Source of the DNA: Eledone cirrhosa
Lineage: Eukaryota
DNA: 64,000 nucleotides
Reading direction: 5' to 3'
Assembly (NCBI GenBank): GCA_964016885.1
Contig: OZ024746.1
Coordinates: forward strand, 11,408,001-11,472,000
The notes under the pieces: generated by a model
Told to the model about the DNA's origin: nothing
The model's database searches: none
Seen by the model: the letters and a program-made list of their open reading frames with translations, nothing else
Position numbers and translations under genes: made by a program
In this document: positions 27,389 through 39,831 of the stretch, piece after piece
Numbering within the stretch: position 1 is the stretch's first letter
How the letters are laid out: every line of letters begins with the position of its first letter

Positions 27389-28875
27389 AAGGAGATGCTT
27401 TGGAGAGGAGCAATTATAGGGGTATAAAACTGATAGATCAGGTTATGAAAGTGGCAGAAAGGATTTTAGCACAACTAATTAGAGAAAGGGTCAAACTAGA
27501 TGAGATGCAGTTTGGTTTTGTGCCTGGGAAGAGTACAACAGATGCCCTCTTCTTGGTGAGACAAATGCAAGAGAGGTTCTTAGAGAAGAATAAGCCACTA
27601 TACTTAGCCTTTGTTGACCTAGAGAAGGCCTTTGATAGGGTACCCCGATCCGTCATCTGGTGGTCCCTAAGGAAGCTGGGTGTTGAGGAATGGCTTGTGA
27701 GGACAGTGCAAACTTTGTACAGAGGTACTCTCAGTAAAGTCAGGGTAGGAATGGAGTTTAGTGAGGAATTCCAGATACAAGTAGGAGTACATCAGGGTTC
27801 GGTCCTCAGCCCGCTCTTGTTCATTATAGTCCTCCAAGCCATAACAGAGGAGTTTAAGACTGGCTGTCCATGGGAACTTCTCTATGCTGACGATCTGGCT
27901 CTTATGGCAGAATCAGTAGAGGAGCTAGAGAATAAATTCTGGCTATGGAAACAGCAGTTGGAATTAAGAGGACTGAGAGTGAACCTAGCTAAGACAAAAG
28001 TGTTGATGAGTAGAAAAGAGGACAAAACCCTGATTCCGTCAGGGAAATGGCCATGTTCGATATGCAGAAAAGGAACTGGCATAAATTCTATAAAATGCAC
28101 ACAATGCAGATCCTGGGTACACAAGAGATGTAGTGGAATAGCAGGCAAACTAACAGGTAGGGAGAAATATGTATGCAGTAGATGTACAGGGAAATTAGAC
28201 AGTAGAAGTTGCACTGATAGACACATTTTTCAAATGCGAGAGGGCGCTATAGAAGTGGTGGATAGCTTCCGGTACCTAGGAGATCAGATTAGCATGGGAG
28301 GAGAGTGTTCCGAGGCCATAGTATCTAGAATAAGGACGGGTTGGAAGAAGTTTAGGGAGCTGCTTCCTCTGTTGACGAAGAAGGGTTTCTCCCTGCGTAC
28401 GAAAGGCCAGTTGTATGATGCCTGTGTGAGGAGCGCGATGCTGCATGGTAGTGAGACATGGGCAGCAACCGCAGAAGATATGCGACGGCTGGAGAGAAAT
28501 GAGGCAAGCATGCTCCGTTGGATGTGCAGTGTAAATGTGCGTGAACGACCCAGCATAAATGTGTTGAGAGAGAAACTGTGTCTGAGAGGGATAGAATGTA
28601 GTGTACGGGAGAGGAGACTGAGGTGGTATGGACATGTGATGCGCATGGAGGATGACCGATGGGTGAAGAAGTGCCAGGAAATGCCAGTTGAAGGAAGACG
28701 TGGTAGAGGTAGACCACGAAAAACATGGGCGGAGGTGGTGAGAACAGACCTCAGATCATTGAAGCTCACGGTGGAGATGACGAGGGACCGTGACGAGTGG
28801 AGAGATGCTGTGCTGAATAAGACCCGTCCCACCCTTGCAAGCAGGGAAAAGCGGACGTAAAATGATGATGATGAT
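27389..28875 (+). mobile_element. 5'-truncated RTE LINE (family A) inserted in (TA)n
   Basis: Uninterrupted ORF; stop codon immediately followed by an (ATG)n tail; (TA)n on both flanks. Confidence 0.95.
27400..28860 (+). CDS. RTE reverse transcriptase with a PHD-like Cys-rich insert (partial ORF2, no true start codon)
   Basis: Motifs NYRGIKL, QFGF, DLEKAFD, GVHQGSVLSPLLF, YADD and FRYLG; CSIC..CTQC..HKRC..CSRC cluster. Confidence 0.9.
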   Translation: MERSNYRGIKLIDQVMKVAERILAQLIRERVKLDEMQFGFVPGKSTTDALFLVRQMQERFLEKNKPLYLAFVDLEKAFDRVPRSVIWWSLRKLGVEEWLVRTVQTLYRGTLSKVRVGMEFSEEFQIQVGVHQGSVLSPLLFIIVLQAITEEFKTGCPWELLYADDLALMAESVEELENKFWLWKQQLELRGLRVNLAKTKVLMSRKEDKTLIPSGKWPCSICRKGTGINSIKCTQCRSWVHKRCSGIAGKLTGREKYVCSRCTGKLDSRSCTDRHIFQMREGAIEVVDSFRYLGDQISMGGECSEAIVSRIRTGWKKFRELLPLLTKKGFSLRTKGQLYDACVRSAMLHGSETWAATAEDMRRLERNEASMLRWMCSVNVRERPSINVLREKLCLRGIECSVRERRLRWYGHVMRMEDDRWVKKCQEMPVEGRRGRGRPRKTWAEVVRTDLRSLKLTVEMTRDRDEWRDAVLNKTRPTLASREKRT

Positions 28876-29429
28876 ATATATATATATATATATGATCAAA
28901 ATGACACAAATAAACAAGATAACCTGAATGAACAAAGTATACAAAAAAATGTGTGCCAAAACATAAACAAAGTGTATAGAATGAAAATATTTACACAGAA
29001 TGGAAAGAAGAGAAAAGGATGTGACATTTCAGGTTCAATTCTTTATCATGGTAAGAAAGATGAAATAAGATAAGTGTTAGACCAATCCGAATTTTGGTGT
29101 ATTAAACTGCTATATGCACTCTCTCATACACAAAAACATTGTGAATATATATGAATTTATATACCCTATACAATACATAGAAATGGGAAAGATTGTTTGT
29201 GCAAGAGGGTGGGGAAAAAAATAAAGCAAGACTGACAGATAAGGGAGAACATTTAAAACAAAATTGAAGGACAAAGAACACAGTTTAACATAAGAAAATG
29301 ACATGTTTCACCTCCTGATGAACTATTTATGTAGCTTTTCTCACTCCTACTCTACTAGAACTTTCAGTGTTTATATATCTCCTTTCATGAAACTACCCTA
29401 TTTACCTCTGGATTTACAGATTCATCTCA

Positions 29430-30088
29430 ATGTAGAGACAGATTCAGCTCAATGTAGGGACAGATTCAGCTCAGTGTAGGGACAGATTCAGCTCAGTGTA
29501 GGGACAGATTCAGCTCAGTGTAGGGACAGATTCAGGTCAGTGTAGAGACAGATTCAGCTCAGTGTAGAGACAGATTCAGCTCAGTGTAGGGACAGATTCA
29601 GCTCAGTGTAGGGACAGATTCAGCTCAGAGTAGGGACAGATTCAGCTCAGTGTAGAGACAGATTCAGCTCAGTGTAGGGATAGATTCAGGTCAGTGTAGA
29701 GACAGATTCAGCTCAGTGTAGGGACAGATTCAGCTCAGTTTAGTGATAGATTCAGCTCAGTGTAGAGACAGATTCAGCTTAGTGTAGGGACAGATTCAGC
29801 TCAATGTAGAGACAGATTCAGCTCAGTGTAGGGACAGATTCAGCTCAGTGTAGGGACAGATTCAGCTCAGAGTAGGGACAGAATCAGCTCAGTGTAGAGA
29901 CAGATTCAGCTCAGTGTAGGGATAGATTCAGGTCAGTGTAGAGACAGATTCAGCTCAGTGTAGGGACAGATTCAGCTCAATGTAGAGACAGATTCAGCTC
30001 AGTGTAGAGACAGATTCAGCTCAGTGTAGGGATAGATTCAGGTCAGTGTAGAGACAGATTCAGCTCAGTGTAGGGACAGATTCAGCTC
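29430..30088. repeat. 22-bp minisatellite, about 30 copies
   Basis: Unit tcagtgtag(g/a)gacagattcagc. Confidence 0.95.
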
Positions 30089-30284
30089 TATGTGTGAGTT
30101 TCTACTTCTGTTTTATTATGCTTATATCACCAATGAAATACTACTATTAGTAACAATTTCATTTTTTTTTCTTCATTTCATTATCATTTAAAGTAGTCCT
30201 TCTCCATCTCTAGTTGTGTTGCTATTGATTTTATTGTCAGTTATGACTTACTCTGCTGTATTTAATAATAATGATAATGGTTTC

Positions 30285-30520
30285 TGACTTAGGCACAAGG
30301 CCAACAATTTTTGAGAAAGAGGGAGAGAGAGGGGGGGGGGGATCAATTAAATCGACCCGAGTGTTAAACTGGTACTTTATTTTATTGACCTCTTAAGGAT
30401 GAAAGGCAAAGCTAACCTCCTGCCAAGGTTAGCGTTGCCTTTCATCCTTACTGGGTCAATAAAATAAAGTACCAGTAATAAACTAGGGTTGATTTAATCG
30501 ACTTTCCCACTTACCCCAAA
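30285..30520. mobile_element. Two 5'-truncated family 1 SINE copies fused head-to-head
   Basis: ctggtactttattttattgacc...aaggatgaaaggcaaagctaacct is mirrored by aggttagcgttgcctttcatcctt...ggtcaataaaataaagtaccag. Confidence 0.8.
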
Positions 30521-31698
30521 ACATTGATAATAACAATATATTATTGATAATAACAATATATTAAAGCAACATCAATCTCATATTGCTATCTCCAATATAT
30601 TAAAAGGTTCTGCTATAATATATACAATGGATTATTTTTCTTGTTGCTTTTATTTTGGTTGTTTGTTGTTTTTTTTTCTTCTATCTTTCCTCCTTTCTCG
30701 TTTGCTTTCTTCATCTTTGTTTTCTGTTTTATTTTCCTTTTTGTTCACTTTCTTTCCCTCTTTTCTTCATTTTTTATTTTCTCTCTCTCCCTCCCGACCC
30801 CTCTCTGTCTCCCCCTCCCTCTAAATCTCTCTCTCCTTGCTTTATTTTTGTTCTCTCTCTCTCACCTATAATACTATCAAACTACTATTTCACAGTTCTC
30901 ATTTGATTCTATGCAGTAATTTGTTAGTGTTGTAATGTGAAGTAATCAGTGCAGTAGAGAGTAAGGGGTTAGAATAGAAATCATGTTCCTAGCATCATCT
31001 GGGGATTAAAGTATTGTCTGTGTCCCAGCTGTTCACTACAGTCACCCAACTTATCTATACAAATGATTCTCTTTATAGAAGTTAATACTACTAAGTAGTG
31101 TTGGCATCTTCGTATTGACTGGAAGCACCAAGTTCACCCTGTAAGGTCATCATGTTGGTGACATGTCAAAAAGCACCTAGTCCACCCTGTAAGGTCATGC
31201 TGGTGACTTCCAAAAAGTACCCAATCCACACTGTCGGGTCACCATACAGGTGACAACAAAAATTATATATATATATATATATATACATACATACATACAT
31301 ACACACATACATACACACACACGCATGTGTATATATATAGGGAGTAAGGTTCTATACAAAACAGGTTATCAAAAAAAAAAAGTAGGAATGGAAGAATCTG
31401 TTTCTCTTTTTTTCCTCTTTGATCTGTCAAAGAAACAATTATTGAAAAAAGGGAAAGAACAATTTTTTTTTTTTTAAATTCTTTTTTAATTGTAATATTT
31501 AATAGTTGATAAGATGGATTACATTACATCGAGACTGGTAATATTTTATAGATTTTATATACTTTATAAAACTCCTTTTTTAAAGGAAAATATTTTTTTT
31601 TCAAATTGTTCTCCTTTTTTCAATGTCGCTTTGACAGATCAAAGAAGAAAAGAAAAACAGATTCTTTAAATATATTTCCATGCTGTTTCCATTCTTAC

Positions 31699-31731
<33 letters not shown>

Positions 31732-31734
31732 ATA

Positions 31735-31796
<62 letters not shown>

Positions 31797-31802
<6 letters not shown>

Positions 31803-31920
31803 GAAGGAGTTGTGGTAAGGAACCAGATGGACCATAACACACCAGAATATTCAATACAAAATGTCCAGAAATAGCTGTCGAAACGGCTTGAGCTCTGCCG
31901 TCGGGGTCATACTTTTTCCT
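31797..31920 (+). mobile_element. Short (TA)n-embedded repeat family, possibly Penelope-like
   Basis: Homologous minus-strand copies at 47622-47772 and 37234-37288; all are flanked by (TA)n. Confidence 0.6.
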
Positions 31921-32057
31921 ATATATATATATATTTATATATATATATAAGTAAATGTGTTAGGAAAAACATACAAGGCATGATTTTACCAACAAAAAAT
32001 AAAAACTATCTTATCTTATATATATTTGTGTGTGTATATATATATATATATCATCAT

Positions 32058-32104
<47 letters not shown>

Positions 32105-32211
32105 TTAAAACCAAAACTGAATACTAACCAATACTATTACTAATTCTCACTTATTCCTAATTAAACTATTTTTCACTGTGAACAATTTGTCAGCACTTTC
32201 TATTCCGTTTA

Positions 32212-32251
<40 letters not shown>

Positions 32252-34513
32252 CAATATCGGAGAAAGCTTTTTAGCGATACTCCGGCCAAATTCCAACTCA
32301 CTCAACAAACATTAGGAAATAAGTGATTATATTCCCAATTATGCGTTCGGGGTCCTAACTAAAAGTATTGTGTGGAAAATTGGCTGTATTATTTCATATG
32401 AGACATATCGAATATATCTCTTCCCAGACAGACGTCTCGTTTCATTATAGGATTCCTACAATTTGGGTTAAAGTATACCAATTTATGTAGGAGCTTGTAT
32501 ACCATCAATAGATATATATTCAAGTGGGCTCCTATAATTCATCAGTGGGTGCCCCAATATATATATATATATTCAGAGTTCTATTTATACACACTATAAT
32601 AACTATTATTTTTTTCAATTTTCACATTTTCTACATTATATGTAAATATATATATAACTAAGACCACCATTTGCCTTAACCAGAATGTAAACAAATCTAA
32701 ACCAAGCCCATGTTATCTACAAACTCAAACAAATCATAATCCTACAATTACACATATTGCATCAGTCATAAATTTGAAACACATCCTCTAAAACCAAACA
32801 CCAACACTCCCAGTAAAACAATAACTGGCTCTGATTACTGTTATAGGGGTGACAGCTGTCATATTACGCAGTTTCTATAAACATACAGTATTTTCATATA
32901 TGTTATAAAAATATATACAGTCAAGTTTATCTTATTGCAATGTTCTAAACTAGTTTGTGTTAGATTGATTAACTGTCATTTAGCTTCATACCAAGCAGAA
33001 ATCAACTAACTGTTAGTATCTTTATATCTTTACTGTAACAACTAGCTTTTCACATTTCTGTAAGGAACCATATAAAACAGACAGCAACATTTTAAAGAAT
33101 AAACTAAATTTTTCTGATGGTGATATATTTATAATCTTCACTGTAACAACTTGCTATTTACTTTTCTAAAAGGAATCATATAAAATACTCAGTCATTAGT
33201 ATTTATCAATCTTCAACCAGCTGATGTTCATTTTAATTCTTTTTTCTCTTTGTTTTTATTTTTGGGGGGCTTTTTGTGGTGGTGGTGGTGGTGGTGGTGG
33301 TGGGGCAGTAGTTCCTATTTATGTTTTGAATACTTTTTCTAGGTTTCAAGAATGAGTCATCTCCCAAAAATCCACTTCCAAAGAAGTTACTCCTGAATTT
33401 GTCATCAATTAAAAATATTACTGCTTATAGTTTGACATTTAGTTGGTTAGAAATACTAGTAATATTACAGTTATTACAGTTTCTACAGTTGTCACAAGAT
33501 TAATATTAATACAAAACAAACAGAAACAATAGCAAAGATTTATTTGGGGATTTACATAGAAATTATCATCATTCTCCATAACAAGAGTTGAATTGATAGA
33601 CACAGACCAAGTTAGTACTTAATCAAAGCTACTGACTTCTTAGATGGACTTTTACATATGTTCCCCCTTCTCTCTCTCTGTGCATTTTCATGGACCCAGC
33701 ACTAGGGAAGTTGTGTTACTTGAAACAACCAAAGAGAAAGAGTCCTTTCAATCCTTCTTTTGACAAGTTTTCTGTAGCTGGATGCCCTTCTTATCACCAA
33801 CCACTTTACAGATGTACTGGGTATGTTTTATTGTGCCACCAACACTAAAGAGGTTGCCATGCCCTTAACATAACTGAAGAATGCAGGATGGAAGCCTGAA
33901 GTATGGTTAATGCTTCAGGATTGAAGAAAGGCATTGTGAACAATTCTGTAGAGATGAGGAGGAGGAGGAGAAGCTGGTAGAAGTGAAATATGAACCTTTA
34001 TTTTTTTAAACTAAGGGCTGTAACATTCCTATCCAGTACATCAATTACCTAGTGAATAGTTTAAAAAGAAAGGTCCTTAGTTTGAATCCAATAAAACACT
34101 TGATGAATGGAGATGAAACTGATAGAAGTCTTGTGCAGATGTAGATATCTTTTTAAATGTTCATTGTTACAGACATTTAGACTTATATTCCTTCCTTTCG
34201 ACTAACCCATGCTAGCATGGAAAATGGACATTATACAATGATGATGATATCTGTATTCCTATGAAGCAGAGAGATATAGTCTATCTTGTGTATTATTGAT
34301 ACTTATTTCTCATCCTCTCTCTACATTGATGAAACCAATGTCAACAAAGTTAACCTTGGTAAGATTTGAAGTAAGAAAACTGGGTTGTCAAACAAGTTTT
34401 ACTCTACAAATCTATTCTGTCCCAGCACATATTATGGTCTACTTCTTTGTAACTTGTTCTTGTGAAAATACCTTATTAACTGATATTTATTGATTCCTCT
34501 TCATATTTTCCAG

Positions 34514-34735
34514 GTATCCACTAATAAGACTCGCTATATCACTGGAGCCATCCTAGCAGAAAATGGTGCTTTGCCCAACGAACAATTGAAAAGTACTTTG
34601 AAAGAGAAAGGCTACACTATTGCTCGGTTCCCAGAAGTGAGCCATGCTGTGAAAACAATGTTTCCATTCAAATGTACTCTATCAATATTCATCGCACTAA
34701 TTAGAGTCTACCCACAGTTAGGAAGTTATCTAAAG
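34514..34735 (+). CDS. TEX264: TEX264 orthologue, internal coding exon (GyrI-like domain)
   Basis: Acceptor tttccag and donor AAG/gtat; 222 bp, phase 0. VSTNKTRYITGAIL...FPEVSHAVKTMFPF..LSIFIALIRVYPQLGSYLK is colinear with human TEX264 VPPDKCRCAVGSIL...FPAPSHVVTATFPY..LSIWLATRRVHPALDTYIK (human sequence recalled, not searched). Confidence 0.9.
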
Positions 34736-35820
34736 GTATATCTCCTTTCTTGTTCTTTTTTTTTTTTGTGTGTGTGTGTGTGGGGGGGGGGGGGGGGTTA
34801 ATATCTCAAAACAACTTCACATTTCATCTTTTCGAGGTCAATAAAAATGTACCAGCCCAGTACTGGGGGGTCAATATTACCTCTCTATCACTTTCTCTCC
34901 TTCTCCGGAAGAAATCACTGTGTTCAAACAGTGAGAGTGGATAGGTCTAAAATACCTAAAATATGAACGCCCTTATGTCTCTATCAAGAGTTTGGATCCA
35001 TACAAAAATATAAATCCATGGATAGATTTGTCTTTTGTCTGTTTAATGCTATGTAGCCAAAACTAAGAGCAGTGGCCCTTACAAATTACTTTGGCTTGAG
35101 TATTTACATTTTTTTTTTATCAGTAATTAAGAATAACTCTAAATGCTTAACCCTTTCATGACTGCATTTCTAATGAAATATACTTTATTTTAATAAATTA
35201 ATGAAGAATTTTGAGGTATTTACTAAAATTATTAATTTCATTACTAAGATAGTAACTTAATGTAAGGTTCTTATATAAAATTGTTTTGGAAGATTTTAAT
35301 TTGAATTAAAAACATTTAAAATGGGTGGCTTTATTTCATAGATGTGTCTTAGATTTGAATATTTTTCATCTTTCCTTGGTTGATAAAAATAAGTACCAGT
35401 AATACTATTTACTCTACTTGTTATCCTATGGGTTTCTGCATTGCTAAAATTCAGTTTTTACACCAATAATTTCCAGGAAATATTTAAAAGTATAAATCCA
35501 TCAAACCCTTGTTGATAGAATTGTGAAGGATGGACCATCAAAAAGTAAAGAAACGGTTGGATTGTATTTTTAGCTGATTTTTGTCTTCTAAGCTTGCTGT
35601 TGGCATTGTGTTATGACCTTGGGCAGGACACTTCATTCTATTTGGCTCTCAATCACTTTTGCTGACATAATAATAATAAAAAGTGAATAAATAAAATAAA
35701 AAAAGTAGATGTCTGTTCCACTTCATTATAAATGTTTGGCAGAAAACATGTCTTCAAGAATGTAATATCTGAGATTGTAGGATCGACACATCCCCATCCC
35801 CCAGTACCAGCTTGAAGAAG

Positions 35821-35823
35821 ACA

Positions 35824-35856
<33 letters not shown>

Positions 35857-35860
35857 GTAC

Positions 35861-35894
<34 letters not shown>

Positions 35895-35980
35895 GTACAT
35901 ATATATATACTTATATATATATATATATATGTACATATATATACATATATATATATACATATATATATATACATATATAC

Positions 35981-36054
<74 letters not shown>
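35821..36054. repeat. (TA)n / TACA microsatellite
   Basis: Direct inspection. Confidence 0.95.
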
Positions 36055-36056
<2 letters not shown>

Positions 36057-36058
36057 GA

Positions 36059-36941
36059 TACCTAACTATGGAAACATCTTGTTGAGTCAAACAACGCCGT
36101 ACGTTAAAACAATCCACAATACAGAGTACTCACAACCTCTAACTGGATTACCTATAACGATAACTTATCATCATCATAGACGTTAAACGATGATGATGAT
36201 AACAAGTTATTGTTATAAGTAATCCAGTTAGAGGTTGTGAGTACTCTGTATTGTGGATAGTTTTAACGTACGGCGTTGTTTGACTCATCATCATCGTTTA
36301 ACGTCCATCTTCCACGCTAGCATGAGTTTGGACGGGAATTTTCCCACTTGAGGCTAGATTGGTTGCCTTGCTCATATAGGTCTGGCGGGTTTTCTATGGC
36401 TGGATGCCCTTCCTAACACCAACCACGTTTACAGTGTGGACTGGGAGGTTATACCGTGTTACCTACACGGCCACATTACAGCGTGGACTGTGTGTTTTTT
36501 TGTCGTGACACCTACACAACCTCATTTGTTTCGGACTGGATGTTGTGGTACCAACATAACTTTACACCGAAAGGGGTGGTGTGGATAGGGTGGGGGTAGT
36601 GGGACAGGGGTGTATTTTTGTTAGAGGTGCCTACTGACTGTAGGTTTCGCTTTGCACTTAGGCAAGGCGGGTCTTCTGTATTACTGTGTAGCGCCAAAGA
36701 TCTCGGTCCAGTGACATTGTCTTGGAGAGGTGTAAGTGTGTGAGGTCGGAATTTATCAAGTCGTCCCAGGTTTTTCTGGGTCTGCCTACTCTGTGGCTAC
36801 CGTCTATTTTGATCGCCCTGCACTTTTTTATACAGCTGTCGTCTTTCATGCGCATCACGTGACCATACCAACCTAGCCTTCTCTCGAGTAAACAACATCT
36901 GATCTCTCTTATTCCTAACAAGAGGTTTCCATAGTTAGGTA
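36059..36941. repeat. Palindrome (~110-bp arms) whose right arm is split by an RTE-B insertion
   Basis: Left arm 36059-36166 pairs with 36204-36286 plus 36917-36941. Confidence 0.85.
36287..36916 (-). mobile_element. RTE family B 3' fragment
   Basis: ORF 36658-36921 is nearly identical to the one at 25351-25749; same UTR and (CAT)n tail. Confidence 0.9.
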
Positions 36942-36985
36942 GCGAGTTCGCGAGAATTCCTATGCAGGTTATTCTTGGAGTAATA

Positions 36986-37213
36986 ATAGTGAAAGATTGA
37001 AGAATAACATGGTCGGCTATGAAAAAAGGGTTTTATTTCAAGTATTAACAATTGTTTCATTGATCAGGTGAGTCTAAAGACCACTAATCACTCGAAGTTG
37101 CATCACTCGACCTTAAATATAGTGTTTACCTCTGATCAATGAAACAATTGTTAATACTTGAAATAAAACCCTTTTTGTACAGCCAACCATGTTATTCTTC
37201 GATCTTTCACTAT
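36986..37213. repeat. Inverted repeat (~82-bp arms, ~64-bp loop) carrying the 3' half of a hammerhead-like motif
   Basis: Arms at 36986-37067 and 37132-37213; GAAA-CAATTG-TT, then AATAAA, then (TA)n. Confidence 0.8.
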
Positions 37214-37283
37214 ATATATATATATATATATATATAGGAAAATAGTCAAGACCCCAACGGCTGAGCTCCAGCCATTTCGACAG

Positions 37284-37330
<47 letters not shown>

Positions 37331-38249
37331 CTACAGGGCATTTAGTTAAGCACTCTACTGTCTTTGCCAGGAAGGAAGGAAAGAACTCTTACGGTCATGA
37401 CTGGCCCTGGTTTTACATCCATGATTGAGTAAACATGGGGTTGCCTCTTCAAGGCAAAGACCTGGGCAGGGTATTTTGTGGCAGAGCAGCAGTTGCCCAT
37501 GCATGCATGTCTCTCCTTTACACATCACTAATGATATCCAAGAGACAGACAAAGGCTGATACAGCTTGGTACTTGTGAAATAAAGTGTCTTGCTCAAGGA
37601 TACAGCATGCCATCCTATCTAGGAATCAAACTCATGATGTTACGATTGTAAATCCAGTACCTTAACCACTGAACCATCTTCTGTTGTGTCTGCTAACATT
37701 ACCACTTTCACTAATAAGGAAGATAATTATAACAGTACTTATTTTACCAACTCCAGAAAGAAAAGCAAGGTTGATCCTGCTGATATACCTGAAAAGAATA
37801 TTATTAAAATACTTGTAATTTTTGTATGACAACAATACACAATAAACTGTCAAAGTGCCAAAACAATCAGTCTGGTTTGGAATAGCTGTTGAGCTTATGA
37901 AGAATATATATATATAATCGGACGTAAAATGATGATGATAATGATATATATATATATATATATTCACACATACACAGGCTCACGTTTATACAGTTAGATA
38001 TTAATGTTGGGCTGTAGATTTATAGGCGTATAAATAACAACAAACCTTTACTGGTGGGGTGGTTCCATACATATAGTAAATCCATATTTATTACATATGT
38101 ATGTATCTTAATAATAAAACAAACATCATGTGATAACCACTTTGTGCTAGACTTGTCTGGGAAATGCTAATTTGATAGCTTCTCTCTCTCTCTCTCTCTC
38201 TCTCATAATGTTGACAAGATGATCAGTAGTAAAGGAACAGCTATTTATA

Positions 38250-38620
38250 GCTACCTATCTATTTATCTATATACCTACCTATCTATCTGTCTATTTATCC
38301 ATCTTCCTACCTACCTATATATCTATGTATTTATCTACCTACCTACCTACCTATATATCTATGTATCTATCTACCTACCTACCTATATATCTATGTATTT
38401 ATCTATCTACCTACCTATATATCTATGTATTTATCTATCTACCTACCTATATATCTATGTATTTATCTATCTACCTACCTACCTATATATCTATGTATTT
38501 ATCTATCTACCTACCTACCTATATATCTATGTATTTATCTATCTACCTACCTACCTATATATCTATGTATCTACCTACCTACCTATATATCTATCTGACA
38601 GTCAATCTATAGTTATCTAT
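38250..38620. repeat. Compound TATC/TACC microsatellite
   Basis: Direct inspection. Confidence 0.9.
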
Positions 38621-39831
38621 TTATGTATATTTACCAATGTGTCTATTTTTGGTCTAGAACAACAATAACAACAAATCACAAATTCCAATAGCAGTCTAAA
38701 GACTATACAGACAGATAGAGAGAGAGGGAGAGAGAAATAGAGAGAGAGAGAGAGAGAGAACAAAGTCATCATAATTTAGTAGATATTACATTTGATAATA
38801 ATTAAAGAAAATAATGAAGAAAATTATAGTAATTGATTTAAATGAATGTAAAATGAAATAGAAAATAGCTTGAGTGACAAGAGGGAGAAGGTGAAGGAAT
38901 GTTCATGGATTCAAACATCTTTACATAGAATGTTGTAACATGGAGTTATTAAATTATTTTTTACTGCGTCATTTTTTATGAATACTATGTTTGTGTATGC
39001 ATTATTATATATATATATCATCATCATTTAATGTCCATTTTTCCCTCCTGCTAGCAAGAGTTGAACGGGTTTTCACAGACCAAGTCAGTACTGAAGCACA
39101 AGTATATTGACCCCCTCAGATAGGCTGGAGGCCTACATCTTGCTTACATACAATCTCGTGCTCTACCGAGTGCATTTTATCATGACACCAGCACTAGGGA
39201 GGCTGTTATGTTCATTAAATAAAGTACCAGTTAAATACTGAGGTTGATATAATCAACTTTCTCCCTTCCCCCATATCGCAATTTTGCTTGATTTTGTTGC
39301 TTTCCCATGTTTACATTATATATATACCAAGTTCTTGTTATTTGTTTATTTTAGCTTACTGTGTATATTTTTATCTATTTGCCTTGTTTTGGGAAATGTC
39401 ACTGTATTTCATCAGATAATGGTTTAACTCCATCAATTATTTTCTGAAATACATTACAAATCTTGGCAACTTCTTTGTGGAATATGATTTCCGGCAATTC
39501 CTTTATTAAATATAAAGTCATAGAGTTTTTTGTTAAAACTTAGCCATTCAAAATTTTAGTATACATGCACGCAGTACTCTCTGTAAAGTGATTGGTGATA
39601 TGAAGAGCATCCAGCTAGAGAAAACCTGCCTAACAAAGAGGAGGACTCTTCAGCTGTGTCAAAGACATGACAACCTCCCTAGTACTGGTGCCATGATAAA
39701 ATGCACTCAATAGAGTGAGGGAGCATGTGTAAGCAAGATGTGGCCCCCAGCCTGCTCAAACACTTGACAGAGTGTGAGACGTGAGATGCAAGCTTCAACC
39801 CATCTGAAAAGTCAGTAGCTGTGCCTCAATC

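Noticed and set aside
27438-28959. Antisense ORFs over the RTE
   Set aside because: Shadow ORFs of the RT coding strand.
29311-29400. CTGATGA...GAAA upstream of the 22-bp array
   Set aside because: No convincing stems could be drawn.
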